From positions 1-33,676 of the IMG/VR virus record IMGVR_UViG_3300025288_000061: a stretch of 33,676 nucleotides of DNA, one strand, 5' to 3'. Below the pieces are notes generated by a model. That model saw only the letters and a list, made by a program, of their open reading frames with translations. It was not told the DNA's origin and did no database searches. Numbering within the stretch: the first letter of the stretch is position 1; every line of letters begins with the position of its first letter. This DNA is from a virus (lineage: Duplodnaviria > Caudoviricetes). The position numbers and the translations under genes are program-made. Shown in pieces: positions 1 to 8,908 of the stretch.

Positions 1-127
1 AGTCACTCCGACTATCACCAGTCTGTACTTTACTTTTTATAACACTGGACTATCAGGCACTCTAGACCTCACAAGTTTGTGCTCTACAAGTACAACAACA
101 ATCGGGTATTGCTTATCTAATAACGCA
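1..127 (+). repeat. Exact 127-bp direct repeat, copy 1 (identical to 32945-33071)
   Basis: agtcactccg...ctaataacgca matches base for base; first mismatch is g128 vs t33072. Confidence 0.95.
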
Positions 128-460
128 GCATTAACAGCGGTGACGACAACAGGATGGAATACTTCAAGTGTTCTAAATATGACTAGATTTATTAGCTACA
201 CGGGTTTAACCGACATAGCTATTGATGATTTTAATATTGAAGCCTGCACAAATTTAACCAATTTTGCAATTGGAACAACACTACTAACATCAAGATATGA
301 TGCAACATTGATTGCTTGGGACGCACAAGAAGCGGTGAACTCATTGACTCCACATTTTGGTGGCTCAAAATACACAGCAGGCGGAGCAGCGGAAGCGGCT
401 AGATCAAATTTGATTTCAACGGATTTGTGGACGATAACCGATGGAGGTGCAGCACCATGA
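2..460 (+). CDS. 5'-truncated head-fibre/adhesin C-terminus, variant A (BspA/DUF285-like repeats)
   Basis: Frame open from base 2; colinear and gap-free with the C-terminus of 32166-33404; about two-thirds amino-acid identity after the shared repeat (YDAxLIAWDAQ, FGGSKYTxGGAAEAAR, DGGxAP). Confidence 0.85.
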   Translation, partial: VTPTITSLYFTFYNTGLSGTLDLTSLCSTSTTTIGYCLSNNAALTAVTTTGWNTSSVLNMTRFISYTGLTDIAIDDFNIEACTNLTNFAIGTTLLTSRYDATLIAWDAQEAVNSLTPHFGGSKYTAGGAAEAARSNLISTDLWTITDGGAAP

Positions 461-639
461 CAGAGACAGGCATAGTAACAAAATGGGTTCTAGTTCACAA
501 TGAGGGCGTTCTAGTTTTAAGAGCGTATCTCGACAATCAAACGCTAGTAAGTCCTTATACGGTCGAGCTCTTTGACACAGAAGAAGAGATTAATAATAGA
601 ATGACAGAACTTGGTTTTGAGATAATAGTTGATGAGTGA
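457..639 (+). CDS. Small fibre-associated protein, variant A (60 aa)
   Basis: ATGA overlap with fibre stop; ELFDTEEEINNRMTELG resembles DYYDTEDEALARVAELN in 33404-33625. Confidence 0.7.
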   Translation: MTETGIVTKWVLVHNEGVLVLRAYLDNQTLVSPYTVELFDTEEEINNRMTELGFEIIVDE

Positions 640-913
640 TAACGAAACACTAGCATCAATCGACAGAAAACTTGAGTCTATCGACGTCAAAGTAAATCGT
701 ATCGATGTTGCTTTTGCTGGAATATCACCAGTTATTTTAGAGCATGGCAGACGGTTATCGAAAGTTGAAGATCTGACGGAGACATTGAGAATGGACGTCA
801 ATGCTATAGCTACGATGCAAAGAGAAGTCAAAGCTCAGTACATTTTATTGGCAGGAATCATTGCAGTATGCACCCCAATTGTCTCTGTTTTTGTGGCTAA
901 ATGGGTTGGATAG
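632..913 (+). CDS. Coiled-coil protein with C-terminal membrane anchor (possible lysis-module protein)
   Basis: Heptad-like N-terminus, hydrophobic tail YILLAGIIAVCTPIVSVFVAKW, located after the fibre genes. Confidence 0.6.
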   Translation: MSDNETLASIDRKLESIDVKVNRIDVAFAGISPVILEHGRRLSKVEDLTETLRMDVNAIATMQREVKAQYILLAGIIAVCTPIVSVFVAKWVG

Positions 914-1160
914 TAGCTTGTTCAATATAATTTCAGAAGATGAGTTTAAACGCACCTTCTATGACATGAAACAAGTTAATCAACGACTCATGGACGAATG
1001 GCTAAAAGACCCAACTAAGAAACTTTATCTAGCCGTCATTGACCGAGTGTATCAAGGGGGTGAGGTTGTTGATCGACAAAAAACTTGAAAAACGCTTTGC
1101 TATTGCGTTTTGGATTATTGCATCTGGATTGGTTGCTAGTTTGATTATTTGCGGTCTTGC

Positions 1161-1646
1161 ATGATACTAGAATTAGCTTCATTTTTAGGTACCTCAGTTG
1201 GCGGCAGTCTATTTGGTATGCTGAGGGATACTATTTCAAGCAGAAGACAACAGGCTATTGATGATAAAAAACTTGACCATGAACTTAGGCTTGCAGACAA
1301 AAAAGCTTTAAAGGATTACTATGAGAGCATTCACAAGCCAAGTAATGAAGGCAATTATTCTCCCATGTCTTATGTTATTGCTTTCCTCGTGTGCCTACTT
1401 GGAGTCACGTACTGTTACGCAACAATTACGTGCTTTGCAGAAAACCCAGAACTCATCATCTATTCAAAAGACCCAAGCGATGACTCCAGAACAATTTCAA
1501 TCTTGTTTGGAGCCATCGAGTGGGATATTGCAAATAATAAAATTTTATCTATGTCGAAAATCGGCCTTGGTTATCTTATGTGCTATCCTATTATTTTTAC
1601 TCTGTCTCAAGTTATCACAGGCGACAAGCCTAGATCAAGAAGATAA
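1161..1646 (+). CDS. Membrane protein, holin-like candidate
   Basis: N-terminal LASFLGTSVGGSLFG, charged helix, then two hydrophobic segments; last gene of the rightward arm; ATG at 1161. Confidence 0.5.
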   Translation: MILELASFLGTSVGGSLFGMLRDTISSRRQQAIDDKKLDHELRLADKKALKDYYESIHKPSNEGNYSPMSYVIAFLVCLLGVTYCYATITCFAENPELIIYSKDPSDDSRTISILFGAIEWDIANNKILSMSKIGLGYLMCYPIIFTLSQVITGDKPRSRR

Positions 1647-1651
1647 AGATT

Positions 1652-1897
1652 TTAAGTAAATGAATTAAGCCAGTCTGAAAAATCTTTAGTAAATACAGCA
1701 TCCAAAAGATCAATATCTCTCTTAAAATTTTCGATTATTTCTTCTTCATCTGTCCATTCGCTTAATTCATAAATTGAACACAATGTGCTTTTTGTAAGGT
1801 ATAAATAAGCTAAGTGATTAGAAAGTTTAAAAACTGTGAACTTATGAGGATAATACCTAGTCTCAAGACGTTGTTTTAGAATTTTTAGATCAATCAT
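1652..1897 (-). CDS. Hypothetical protein
   Basis: ATG at 1897 inside the AGGTTTCGGAATGA junction; last gene of the leftward arm. Confidence 0.55.
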   Translation of the reverse strand: MIDLKILKQRLETRYYPHKFTVFKLSNHLAYLYLTKSTLCSIYELSEWTDEEEIIENFKRDIDLLDAVFTKDFSDWLNSFT

Positions 1898-2403
1898 TCC
1901 GAAACCTTCTTCCAATATTTATAAAAACATTCTTTATGCACTTTGCCTATAACATCATTTTCGAAAGCCCAATGCTCCTGACAAATATGGCATTTGCTAG
2001 AACAATACATAACCATAAACAACAAGAATAAAGGTATTAATATTTCTTTAGTCATCACTTACCATTAAGATATTCATTTATTTTACTGCAAGTATAAGCT
2101 ATGTCTATTCCAATAAAAAAAATAATAAACATAATATGAAACAAAACTAGCACAATATAAGTGTCATGTGTATGTTGTGTTAAGTAAAAATAATATATTA
2201 ATGAGACTAAGACAAAATAGTATTTAATCATTCTTTCACCTCTTCAACCTTCTCCCAATGATCAGGTACAAAAATATAACCTTTCTCTATCATACTTTCT
2301 TGCTTAACATGGCAACAAAATGCAGGAATACAAATTATTGTAAACAATACAATTATCTCAATTATATAAATAGGATCCTTTCTTATAGCATCTAATAATT
2401 TCC

Positions 2404-2589
2404 TCATACCTTCACCCCACTAAACATTTGTTGAGTCTTCTTGAAGTGCCGTTTAGCACTTACTTTACTTGAGAAACAGCGACTCTTTCCAATGAATAAA
2501 TTGCCGTTGTCATTGTCTTGACTTATAGTCCAACACCAAAGATTTGTCTCTTTGTACCGTTTGAATTCAACTTTCATTTCAGCATTCAT
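2404..2589 (-). CDS. Small protein, weakly DUF1508/YegP-like
   Basis: WCWTI...NGNLFIGKSRCFSSKVSAKR pattern; ATG probably near 2589. Confidence 0.4.
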   Translation of the reverse strand: MNAEMKVEFKRYKETNLWCWTISQDNDNGNLFIGKSRCFSSKVSAKRHFKKTQQMFSGVKV

Positions 2590-2822
2590 ATATTGTATTT
2601 CCCCATTTCTCCTTGTCGTGAATTGATTTGATTGCAGCGGCCACAAACGCGGTTGCCGCTGCTTTCAAACTTGTTTTGGCACCTTAAACACTTTCTGACT
2701 TTTGAAGGTGGCGTTCTTATTAAGTATTCTTGAACATACTTTTTTTGATAGACAAATTCCCAATATTCTAGGTCTTTTTTCTTAGTCTCTATTTCAATGT
2801 CTTTTGCTCGCTTCATGCTCAT
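2586..2822 (-). CDS. Small Zn-ribbon protein
   Basis: RKCLRCQNKFES...RVCGRC, two CxxC pairs. Confidence 0.6.
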   Translation of the reverse strand: MSMKRAKDIEIETKKKDLEYWEFVYQKKYVQEYLIRTPPSKVRKCLRCQNKFESSGNRVCGRCNQINSRQGEMGKYNI

Positions 2823-2982
2823 TTAATCACCTTTTATTTTAATAAACTCTTCTAATGCGTCCTTCAACATTTCAAGACTTTCAAGTGCGCTCTCTGCATC
2901 GTGTAGAGTTGCTATCTGAGCTCCTGCATGTGGCTCAGTTTCGATAATGCTGCAATGGCCTATCCACCTAAAATCAAACATT

Positions 2983-3183
2983 TCATTTGCTCCAAATAAA
3001 TCCAATGATTGATACGATGAGTGTTAGTTGCGTTGCCGTAAAAATGATACTTGCTAAATTACTTTCTTTGAGTCTATTAATAGCAACTTCGTATTTTAAG
3101 ATAAAGATATTATCTATTACCAGTAGAAACATCATTAGTATCACTAAGCTTGATAATATTAGTTTTAAAAATATTTCATTCAT
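2983..3183 (-). CDS. Small two-TM membrane protein
   Basis: Two hydrophobic stretches; coupled to neighbouring ORFs. Confidence 0.5.
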   Translation of the reverse strand: MNEIFLKLILSSLVILMMFLLVIDNIFILKYEVAINRLKESNLASIIFTATQLTLIVSIIGFIWSK

Positions 3184-3452
3184 TTGTTTTCCTTCCAATC
3201 TATTGTGTTTGGTTTACTTATTGCTAAAACTACAGACCTATCAAAAATACTTATTGCTGCAATCAACTTTTCCAGAGTCTCTTTCAACTCGTCGCGCTCT
3301 TTTTCAAGATTCAAGTATCTTAATAAATATTCGCTTTTCTCTTCATGTAAGCAAAACTGGCAACATGGTGAGCATAAGTAAATTAGCTCACCACGATGTT
3401 TTTTACACAAACTTAAACCTTGCAAGTCTGTTTCTATTTTGTTTTCACTCAT
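3180..3452 (-). CDS. Hypothetical Cys-rich/coiled-coil protein
   Basis: GAGG SD then ATG; CKKH...CSPCCQFC; LEKERDELKE segment similar to LKKERDELRA in 4453-4833. Confidence 0.6.
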   Translation of the reverse strand: MSENKIETDLQGLSLCKKHRGELIYLCSPCCQFCLHEEKSEYLLRYLNLEKERDELKETLEKLIAAISIFDRSVVLAISKPNTIDWKENK

Positions 3453-3464
3453 TCCGAAACCTCA
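3445..3464. repeat. 20-bp direct repeat tcactcattccgaaacctca (second copy 4449-4468; 14-bp partial copy 1894-1907)
   Basis: Exact match by eye; on the minus strand it reads SD + overlapping stop/start (GAGGTTTCGGAATGAGTGA). Confidence 0.85.
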
Positions 3465-3634
3465 TCATCATATTGTTTGTTTACTTCATTCATAGTGACT
3501 ATTAATAACTCCTGAACATTTTTTAATTCATTTGCAATTCGATCCTCGTCATCTGCTTTATAGCTAGTTATATAAAAGCAATTTCCGTTTTCAGTACTCG
3601 GCATTTCTACTCTTATCGAGCTACCGGTTGCTAA

Positions 3635-4456
3635 TCATGTAAAGCACCCTGCGTGATGACATCGGTCTTCTAACGCAGGACGCATCAAATCAAAAAGGTC
3701 TGGCATATCGAAGTTTTTCTTTAATTCCCTTAAATTACCTTGCCCCAGACCAGAGCCGCCGCGTCCTAAATTGCCATTATTTCGAGCGTTTTCCTCTATT
3801 ACACAAGCTTTCTCATATAAATCAGGATGATTTTCATACATACTTTTCCATTCGTGAACTCTCATATTTGGACACATAAAGCAAGATGATTTCCCGATAT
3901 TCAGCCCTTCCGATTTGCAAATATTATTGCATTCCTCGCGACCTATACCCCAAGCAACTAATGGATACCACGCGGTAAAATTAGGCACATCACCTCTCTT
4001 ACATGCGGAAGTAATACGTCCAGACTCGTCAGCGTCATAACCGACGGCAAACGATCCTTCTTGAAATCTGTTGGTTTTTCTCCATCTGTCCATCGGCTGA
4101 ATTTTCCATTTCGAGGTGCATCCTGCTAGGCCGTATGCTTTGGATGGCAAGTGGCCAGTTCTTAAACAATTTTCATGAAGCGGCTCAAATCCAATAACTT
4201 CTCCTTTAACCCGCTCCCAACGGACAACTGTTATATCTTGCCAGCCTTTGCACCATGTCGTCATCCGATCAACGTGCTCAAGAGTCCACGGCATTTCGGA
4301 ACCAGTGTCGGCAAAAAGAATCCAGTCTGGTTTTAATCCTCGCTTTCTGCACTCAATAATCATAGTTGTCGAATTAATACCGCCCCCGAAATTTATACCC
4401 CATTTTTTTGTTGGTGGAGTTTTACTCATGCCCAATTTTAAAAATTTCTCACTCAT
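3635..4456 (-). CDS. PAPS-reductase-like (PP-loop adenine nucleotide alpha hydrolase) protein
   Basis: NFGGGINST PP-loop, FADTGSE, CTSKWKIQP, VGYDADE, WYPL, KSSCFMCP. Confidence 0.85.
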   Translation of the reverse strand: MSEKFLKLGMSKTPPTKKWGINFGGGINSTTMIIECRKRGLKPDWILFADTGSEMPWTLEHVDRMTTWCKGWQDITVVRWERVKGEVIGFEPLHENCLRTGHLPSKAYGLAGCTSKWKIQPMDRWRKTNRFQEGSFAVGYDADESGRITSACKRGDVPNFTAWYPLVAWGIGREECNNICKSEGLNIGKSSCFMCPNMRVHEWKSMYENHPDLYEKACVIEENARNNGNLGRGGSGLGQGNLRELKKNFDMPDLFDLMRPALEDRCHHAGCFT

Positions 4457-4833
4457 TCCGAAACCTCACATTCAATCTGTTCAGATAAAGGCTTTAATAT
4501 TGCAGGTGCTCCACAATACTTTTTAATTTTATCATGAGTTAGATACTGAGGTTCCACAGCAGTTAGAACTGAAAAAGCTAAAGCCAATCCATTATAGAGA
4601 CCTTGCATGTAATCGTCTTCAATGCACTCTTCTTGGATTCTAATTAAGTTGTCTAAGTTGCTTATGTTTCTGTTGTTTTCAGCTCTCAACTCGTCACGCT
4701 CTTTCTTCAAACTAAAAGCCTCTTCACAACCAATAATTTGAGTAGTGTATTTTACTTTGTTAACCAAAAGTTCAGGTATTAAACGATAACCTTCTATGCC
4801 CTCGCTAGTAATTAAATAATGCGTTTCTTTCAT
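4453..4833 (-). CDS. Hypothetical protein
   Basis: Operon position, ATGA coupling, YMQGLYNGL motif. Confidence 0.65.
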   Translation of the reverse strand: MKETHYLITSEGIEGYRLIPELLVNKVKYTTQIIGCEEAFSLKKERDELRAENNRNISNLDNLIRIQEECIEDDYMQGLYNGLALAFSVLTAVEPQYLTHDKIKKYCGAPAILKPLSEQIECEVSE

Positions 4834-4949
4834 TGCTCTTGCTCCATATCATAATCACTCATCTTACTCCCCTCCCAAAACATCATGCATTGCAACAAAA
4901 CACGCCAGCGCTATGTAGGCGCATACGGCTAGAAATATAAATAATGGTT

Positions 4950-5903
4950 TCATTTTTTAGCCTCTCTTAATGCTTTTCCAGCGCCTTTCTCGTTTGCAGC
5001 ACTTGGTGCAGGAGCTGGGAAGTTATCTAACTGATTGATTAAACTCGTTTGAACTATTGCAACGTCGGCTTTTTTAACAGGTACGCATAGGCTCTTGATA
5101 ATGTCCGCATATTCTGGTAATACTATAAGTATAGCCGTATCTGTGTGGCATGCTCTGAGAACGACTTTCAGCTGAGTTAGAAGCACATCACGTCTTGAAT
5201 AAAGCGCGTCCAGTTTGTCTTTCTCATCTAAAATTTTCTTGTACCAAGGATCATTTACACTCACATTTTTTCTGGGCTCCGTTTGCGATAATTCTTTTCC
5301 TAAATCATAAAATTTAAAATGCCCAGTTTCTTTTTCCCTTATATACACAGTTGAATTATACTCAAAATGATTGGGGTATTCGCTCATAATCTTTCTAATT
5401 TTAAGAGGGTAAATGTTATCATACATTAATGATATTGCTTTATATACCTCCTTCTCTTGATCCTCAATGACACTTCCAGTCTTTGCTTTGATTATAGCAT
5501 CACAAATACTATCCCTGTGATAATTTGTTACTCTCATGTTATTCTCCTTGCCTTTTAAAGTTGTTCCAATATTCAATTTTTGCTGGGTCAGTGTGATTCT
5601 CTGCCCATTTTTGACCCTCTTCTCGTATGATTCGTTTGAGTCTTGAACTTCATCCTCAACATCTTCTTTGTGCGGCCAATCAAGTCCCTGCGTGGGTTTT
5701 ATATCATAAATTTCTAAGTTCTTAGCATAGTTATATACTTCACTCCAATGCTTGAAAGTACCGCTCCATGTTAAATGCATCCAAATTACATCGGAAATTC
5801 GTTTGTACTCTATGCTTAAATATTCAGGATCATAAACATCCTTTAATGCTGCCTCTTCCAAGTTTTTAGGTAAAGACTTAAGCCATTCTCTTGCTGTTTT
5901 CAT
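4950..5903 (-). CDS. Hypothetical protein; C-terminal part (from ATG 5537) resembles Nmad5-family phage proteins
   Basis: 317-aa ORF with an internal AAGGAG-N6-ATG at 5537 giving MRVTNYHRDSICDAIIKAK; family call from memory only. Confidence 0.55.
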   Translation of the reverse strand: MKTAREWLKSLPKNLEEAALKDVYDPEYLSIEYKRISDVIWMHLTWSGTFKHWSEVYNYAKNLEIYDIKPTQGLDWPHKEDVEDEVQDSNESYEKRVKNGQRITLTQQKLNIGTTLKGKENNMRVTNYHRDSICDAIIKAKTGSVIEDQEKEVYKAISLMYDNIYPLKIRKIMSEYPNHFEYNSTVYIREKETGHFKFYDLGKELSQTEPRKNVSVNDPWYKKILDEKDKLDALYSRRDVLLTQLKVVLRACHTDTAILIVLPEYADIIKSLCVPVKKADVAIVQTSLINQLDNFPAPAPSAANEKGAGKALREAKK

Positions 5904-6620
5904 TTACTTAACCTCAGTTAAAAGACCTTTAACATACTTCCTACAAAGCTCAACTCTATCAGCGATGGCATCAAAGCAAGATTCATCACGCTCAAATTCA
6001 AATGTTTTTATGCGATATTTCAATGGTACATCGTTATAATTTATGGCATGTCTGTCGATCTCTTTGGGAGTCGTCACAAGCACATAATCAAGACAGGCGC
6101 GAGGTTTATTTGCTATTATCATGTACCCTTGAAGCTGCCACCAATAACCAACGTCAGGCACTTCATTTTCAAAAAGAGGGAAGGTGTTTTGATCCCAACT
6201 GCATTTAATGTCTCTAGCGTAAATGGTGTTCAAGATATCAGGCGTTCCGATGATATACTCACTTTCAAAAGTCGATTGATTCTTTTCGTACTCTATGCCG
6301 TAATATTCAGAAACTAGACTAATGGCCTCATCCTCACATTCTAGGCCCTTCTCTACATATTTATTGTGAAGTTGTGGCCTAGTACCGTAGAGTTGCTCCT
6401 TGACCCATTGTTTGCAATATGATTTTGCACCTTGTGGCAACTCTGAATTATCACGAGCCCATATGGCTTTTGCGTATTCAATTTTCATGTTGTCAGTCAT
6501 GGGCTTGTCACGCGCCTCAAGCTCTGCAATCTTGGCAAGTTGGGACTGTGAAGCCCCAACATTACCAGCCATGATGTCAGCAATCGCGCTGCACCTTATT
6601 TTGAAAGGCTTAATTTTCAC
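5904..6620 (-). CDS. YqaJ/lambda-exonuclease-like PD-(D/E)XK nuclease
   Basis: RCSAIADIM, KGLECEDEAI, GTPD...DIKCSW, YWWQLQGYM; adjacent to the annealase. Confidence 0.85.
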   Translation of the reverse strand: MKIKPFKIRCSAIADIMAGNVGASQSQLAKIAELEARDKPMTDNMKIEYAKAIWARDNSELPQGAKSYCKQWVKEQLYGTRPQLHNKYVEKGLECEDEAISLVSEYYGIEYEKNQSTFESEYIIGTPDILNTIYARDIKCSWDQNTFPLFENEVPDVGYWWQLQGYMIIANKPRACLDYVLVTTPKEIDRHAINYNDVPLKYRIKTFEFERDESCFDAIADRVELCRKYVKGLLTEVK

Positions 6621-7375
6621 GCTTGCACCTCGCCATCAATTGACTTTTGGATTTTGCGCCATTCTTCCTTTAATCGCACATAACTGATTGTTTTAGCCTC
6701 AATTTCAGCAATCAAGCCGCCATCAAGTTCGACTTCATGCTCTGCACACTTTGCAAGAAAGCCGTCAATTTGCTCCTGAGTAGCTGGCGCTTCTGTCAAA
6801 ACTGGAGCCTCAACTTGTGTTTGTGGCTTTTCAATCACAGTCGCATAGACAGCCTTTTCTTCGGGATAGTCCATAGCCTCTTCACGACTGATTAAGCCTT
6901 GAAGCACGTCTGGAAACATATCGCGCAAAGCAAAGCCACGAGCACGAAACTGCAACATGCGCTCTGGATATTGAGACCAAGGGCCTTGTTTGCCCCAAAG
7001 CTTTGCAACCTTTGCTTGGTCAACACTGAATGTGGTCACTTGCTCAGGTTGACCTCTCCTCTTGGTTTTGCATACCGCTGTCATGTTAGATTTATCAAAT
7101 TCTTCAACTACATACTCACAGTGCTCGGAATTGCGCACTAGAGCAAGCATGGCATCACCGTAGATTGACGGCTTACCATTGATGACCGCAATGTTTTGAA
7201 GAGCTTGAAGCGGCTTTAAACCTAGCTCAAGCCCCCATTGTATACCAACAAAAATGTCCTCGGGCTTGCCTTGATAAGCGGTTGGCACCATCTTCGTTTT
7301 TGCGATCATTTGCGAAAATTTATGCAAATCTTCAAAAGACTTGGGCGCTACTGCGAGCGCTAATTTATTACTCAT
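6617..7375 (-). CDS. recT: RecT-like single-strand annealing protein
   Basis: VPTAYQGKP, GLELGLKPLQALQNIAVINGKPSIYGD, WSQYPERMLQFRARGFALRDMFPDVLQG; SD AAGGAG. Confidence 0.85.
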   Translation of the reverse strand: MSNKLALAVAPKSFEDLHKFSQMIAKTKMVPTAYQGKPEDIFVGIQWGLELGLKPLQALQNIAVINGKPSIYGDAMLALVRNSEHCEYVVEEFDKSNMTAVCKTKRRGQPEQVTTFSVDQAKVAKLWGKQGPWSQYPERMLQFRARGFALRDMFPDVLQGLISREEAMDYPEEKAVYATVIEKPQTQVEAPVLTEAPATQEQIDGFLAKCAEHEVELDGGLIAEIEAKTISYVRLKEEWRKIQKSIDGEVQA

Positions 7376-7407
7376 CTTTACGTTCTCCTTTTAAAAATGA
7401 TGGTGTA

Positions 7408-7435
7408 AAATTATCAAGCGCTTCCTGAGTGTCAA
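7408..7435 (-). promoter_or_regulatory. Leftward sigma70-type promoter
   Basis: Minus strand TTGACA-N16-TAATTT with TG extension, in the divergent intergenic gap. Confidence 0.6.
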
Positions 7436-7544
7436 GAGGCGCTTTTGAAATATTTTTTAAAAAGTTTTGTAAAAAAGTTTTCGGGACCAGCTTGCCTTTT
7501 TTTGATTGCGACTAGATTTGAGATTCACTTTTTAGGAGAAAAAA

Positions 7545-8594
7545 ATGGAAGTAGATTTAATAGAGTTAGACAGTGCCACAGCATTGACAGCATTTACTCA
7601 AGATGGTGGGCTTGATCCGTTTGTTCTTGAAATAAAAAATATGGTCGAGTCGTTTGAACACGATTTAACAACAGCAACGGGGCGAAAGAAAACAGCTTCT
7701 CTGGCGGCAAAAGTATCAAAATTCAAGGTTTATTTAGATGAAACTGGAAAGTCTTTGACAGAAGACTGGAAAGCAAAATCTAAGGTGGTTGATCAGTCGA
7801 GAAAGAAAATTAGAGATGAGCTAGACGCGCTTAGAGACGAGGCTAGAAAGCCTTTGACACAATGGGAGCAAGCGGAGCAAGCTAGAGTCGATAGAATAAA
7901 GACTTCAATTAATGATATTAAAAATGTTGATGTTTATGGCATTGATGCGCTAAAACAAAGACTAGAGTATGTTAAATCATTGGATATTAGTGAAACATAC
8001 TATTTAGAGTATTTTGCAATGGCCATAGGCGCACAAAACAGCGCTATCGAGTCTCTAAACGCAACGCTAAAGATTGAGGAAGAACGAGAACTGCAAAGGC
8101 TAGAGCTTGAAAAATTACGCGCAGAATCAGAAGCTAGAGCCAAATCAGATCGAGAAGAGGCTCTAAGAAAAGAGGGCGAGCTAAGAGCGCAGCGTGAAGC
8201 CGAAGAAAAGATTAAAGCAGAGCAAGAACGTGCAGAAGCGGAAAAGAAAGAAGCGATTGCAGAGGCAGAGCGTAAGGAGTTACAAGCTAGAAGACAAGCA
8301 GAACAATCCGAACTGGAATACAAAGAGTCTATTGCTAAAGCAGAGCAAGCGCAGCGTGAAGCCGAAGCTAAGGCCGCAAGAGCTGAGAATGAGGCTAGAG
8401 CAAAGATTGAGGCTGAAAAGCAAGTTGAAATAAAAAGAATTGAGGCACTTGAGGCAAACAAAGCGCACAATAAAAAAATAAAAAGCGAGTCGAAAGCTGA
8501 TTTGATTGCTTTGGGATGCAGTGAAGAAATGGCCATAAAAATAATTATTGCTATTGATGAAAAAAAGATCAGAAATCTATCTATAAAATACTGA
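7545..8594 (+). CDS. Long coiled-coil early phage protein (E/A/K/R-rich)
   Basis: SD AGGAG; GRKKTASLAAKVSK...LDETGK...RDEARKPLTQWE followed by a low-complexity helix. Confidence 0.8.
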   Translation: MEVDLIELDSATALTAFTQDGGLDPFVLEIKNMVESFEHDLTTATGRKKTASLAAKVSKFKVYLDETGKSLTEDWKAKSKVVDQSRKKIRDELDALRDEARKPLTQWEQAEQARVDRIKTSINDIKNVDVYGIDALKQRLEYVKSLDISETYYLEYFAMAIGAQNSAIESLNATLKIEEERELQRLELEKLRAESEARAKSDREEALRKEGELRAQREAEEKIKAEQERAEAEKKEAIAEAERKELQARRQAEQSELEYKESIAKAEQAQREAEAKAARAENEARAKIEAEKQVEIKRIEALEANKAHNKKIKSESKADLIALGCSEEMAIKIIIAIDEKKIRNLSIKY

Positions 8595-8605
8595 GGATTA
8601 ATCAA

Positions 8606-8908
8606 ATGGAATTAGAGTATGAATTATCATTGTCAATGCAAGACCCAGTGCATATAATAGTGCACGTTATTGTCAACAAATTCGACCGAAACCTCGACTA
8701 TGAGTTTGAGATAACTGCGATCGAACACAAAGGAGAATTTGAGGACAATGCTTTAACATTGCCTGTATCACTGTTAAGCAAGGATTTCGTCGCGAAAATC
8801 GACGATCAATTGAACAGTGAGCACACTTTTGAAGCGATGGTTTTAGAAGAAATCGAAAAAGCTTTTGAGCGATTAGATGAAAGAGATTTGGAGGCTGAAA
8901 ATGACTAA
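8606..8908 (+). CDS. Acidic hypothetical protein
   Basis: SD GAGGA, operon position. Confidence 0.65.
   Translation: MELEYELSLSMQDPVHIIVHVIVNKFDRNLDYEFEITAIEHKGEFEDNALTLPVSLLSKDFVAKIDDQLNSEHTFEAMVLEEIEKAFERLDERDLEAEND

Noticed and set aside
1-127. True phage terminal repeat
   Set aside because: The second copy is internal (605 bp before the end), lies mid-gene, and its length equals a common assembly k-mer
1-460. Diversity-generating retroelement (TR/VR pair) for the two fibre ends
   Set aside because: Differences involve all bases and many synonymous sites, not only adenines; no reverse transcriptase in the window
1321-1659. 112-aa overlapping ORF with a lipobox-like LLLSSC (nested o-spanin)
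   Set aside because: The layout is suggestive, but the host gene does not look like an i-spanin, there is no clear SD and no endolysin is adjacent; too weak to call
2987-3505. 172-aa plus-strand ORF
   Set aside because: Shadow of coupled minus-strand genes that have SD sites
8000-8605. 201-aa minus-strand ORF as a second dual-coding case
   Set aside because: S/A/L/F low-complexity mirror of the E/A/K/R coiled coil; no domain-like motifs, unlike 19433-20338
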